Positions 45,748 to 46,537 of a DNA stretch of 46,537 bases are shown in pieces; within the stretch, counting starts at the first letter, position 1, and each line of letters starts with the position of its first letter. The position numbers were made by a program, and so were the translations under genes. The notes beneath the pieces were generated by a model. The model made no database searches. It was not told the origin of the DNA and worked only from the letters and a program-made list of their open reading frames with translations. The stretch is from IMG/VR virus record IMGVR_UViG_3300045988_174467, positions 1 to 46,537 of that record; one strand, given 5' to 3'. The DNA comes from a virus.

Positions 45748-45779
45748 TTTGGAAATCTCAAATCTCTTCCTTATCTTTG
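45748..45779 (+). promoter_or_regulatory. canonical promoter TTTG-N20-TATCTTTG
   Basis: Exact -33 (45748-45751) and -7 (45772-45779) boxes with 20-nt spacing. Back-to-back with the minus-strand box. Confidence 0.55.
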
Positions 45780-45784
45780 CCGAG

Positions 45785-45835
45785 TCTAAATCATAAGAGC
45801 GGTACAGATGCCGCCGACTTGCGTCGGCCGTTTTT
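45785..45835 (+). ncRNA. candidate ~50-nt terminated leader transcript / small RNA
   Basis: Runs from the predicted start downstream of the 45772-45779 box to the terminator at 45813-45835. Confidence 0.3.
45813..45835 (+). terminator. intrinsic terminator in the leader upstream of the 45963 operon
   Basis: GCCGAC ttgc GTCGGC followed by cgTTTTT. Confidence 0.55.
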
Positions 45836-45962
45836 GTATCCGAATCTATCGGAAAATAATACAACTGCGCCGTGTCGGGTAATGGAAACATCCCGGAAGC
45901 CTCGCTTTTATGAGCTTAGACAACACGTAGCGCAGTTTCTTTTTTGTCTAAATCATAAAATT

Positions 45963-46247
45963 ATGGCAACTTTCCTTGTCAATCGTGCCTGGCGGCGCAC
46001 GCGCTCGCTAACTGAAACGCGCAACTCTCTCAACAACTGGCTCGATACTAAGAGCAGCTTCTACACCCGCCTCTGTGACCTTCCGGTTACCCGTCGTTTG
46101 GCCATTCGGCTTAATCTCCTATTTTTGTGCCTATTCCTCGCAGTCCTCTGCGTCGACCATCTGCCGATCATCGCAACTATCGCAGTCGCCTATGTCGTCT
46201 ATGGAGCTTTTCAGCTCAATAGGCAAACGAAAGGAGGTGAACAATGA
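45963..46247 (+). CDS. small membrane protein (94 aa): basic N-terminus, two C-terminal TM helices
   Basis: ATG 45963. TM helices LNLLFLCLFLAVLCV and LPIIATIAVAYVVYGAF. ATGA-coupled to the next gene. Codons 9-21 are repeat copy 2. Confidence 0.55.
   Translation: MATFLVNRAWRRTRSLTETRNSLNNWLDTKSSFYTRLCDLPVTRRLAIRLNLLFLCLFLAVLCVDHLPIIATIAVAYVVYGAFQLNRQTKGGEQ
45987..46024. repeat. 38-bp direct repeat, copy 2 (inside CDS 45963-46247)
   Basis: GCCTGGCGGCGCACGCGCTCGCTAACTGAAACGCGCAA. Confidence 0.9.
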
Positions 46248-46528
46248 AACGCACAGCATCAGCCCTTCGTTTCGTCTCGCAAGAGACCATAGCCGTACTC
46301 AATGAGATCGTTGGCGGCGGATATATCATCAACTATATCGCCACCTTGGAAGAAATCGAAAACAAAATCTTCTCCGATGCCAACGGCACCTTCGTCGAAG
46401 CTTCCGGCGAACCCTGTCCCGGCACCTTCGATATGTTGCGCACGATTCGTGCCCTCAAGGACGATTTGAGAACCCTCAATGTCCTATGCCCCGATGTGCA
46501 GACGGACAATCTCGAGGATGACGATTAA
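46244..46528 (+). CDS. hypothetical protein (94 aa)
   Basis: ATG overlaps the previous stop. Its 3' end lies in the terminal overlap and so continues at window position 1. Confidence 0.6.
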   Translation: MKRTASALRFVSQETIAVLNEIVGGGYIINYIATLEEIENKIFSDANGTFVEASGEPCPGTFDMLRTIRALKDDLRTLNVLCPDVQTDNLEDDD

Positions 46529-46537
46529 AAAAAACTA

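Larger units (their letters stand above)
1..46537. mobile_element. complete circularly closed temperate tailed-phage genome (siphovirus-like, Bacteroidota-type)
   Basis: Integrase, cI/Cro-like pair, replication, capsid, terminase, lysis and tail modules are all present. The two ends of the window are identical over 55 bp. Confidence 0.85.

Noticed and set aside
45693-46024. The 38-bp repeats as a template/variable repeat pair of a diversity-generating retroelement.
   Set aside because: There is no reverse transcriptase anywhere in the genome, only one mismatch, and no adenine-specific pattern.
45624-46247. A 207-aa ORF spanning the whole control region and the membrane protein, with an internal duplication AWRRSRSLTETRN / AWRRTRSLTETRN.
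   Set aside because: The upstream 110 codons are low-complexity and contain a canonical promoter and a hairpin-plus-U-tract terminator. The downstream part has its own ATG (45963). About 100 stop-free codons is only mildly surprising across six frames. I kept it as an alternative that ribosome profiling could revive.
1-46537. tRNA, rRNA, tmRNA, transposase/IS elements, reverse transcriptase, and known defence or toxin-antitoxin protein genes.
   Set aside because: I scanned the intergenic regions by eye for T-loop (GGTTCGAATCC-like) signatures and the ORF list for the corresponding motifs, and found none. tRNAscan-SE and Infernal would be needed to be certain.

Overview
The window is one complete tailed-phage genome. 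Bases 1-55 are identical to bases 46483-46537, so the contig closes on itself and the unique length is about 46,482 bp.

It looks like a temperate, siphovirus-like phage of a Bacteroidota host. The evidence is a Bacteroidetes-type tyrosine integrase, a divergent cI-like/Cro-like pair, and several TTTG-N20-TAnnTTTG promoter matches. Almost all genes are on the + strand.

Gene order from the start of the window:
- small GC-rich genes
- a 1289-aa tape measure protein and two large tail proteins
- a 2279-aa multidomain tail fibre and two small fibre-accessory genes
- integrase and repressor on the - strand, then Cro-like and early genes
- a 1326-aa primase/P-loop replication protein
- a 540-bp non-coding region packed with GTAGGA repeats
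- S49 prohead protease, major capsid and an acidic-repeat protein
- a ParB-methyltransferase fusion, large terminase, a portal candidate and three unknown genes
- holin, GH73 endolysin and a membrane protein
- an AT-rich accessory island at 43.3-46.2 kb

Most worth a second look:
1. A roughly 570-bp stretch at 45.39-45.96 kb with no convincing gene. It sits directly upstream of the operon that runs into the tail genes. It holds promoter-like boxes, three consecutive intrinsic terminators, mutually exclusive long stems, and a 38-bp duplicated segment with an outward-facing antisense promoter.
2. The GTAGGA iteron-like array next to the replication gene.
3. The LamG + CotH-like + LRR-like tail fibre.
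4. A repressor gene that is only full length if a homopolymer frameshift is corrected.

All functional calls come from reading motifs by eye. No database search was run.
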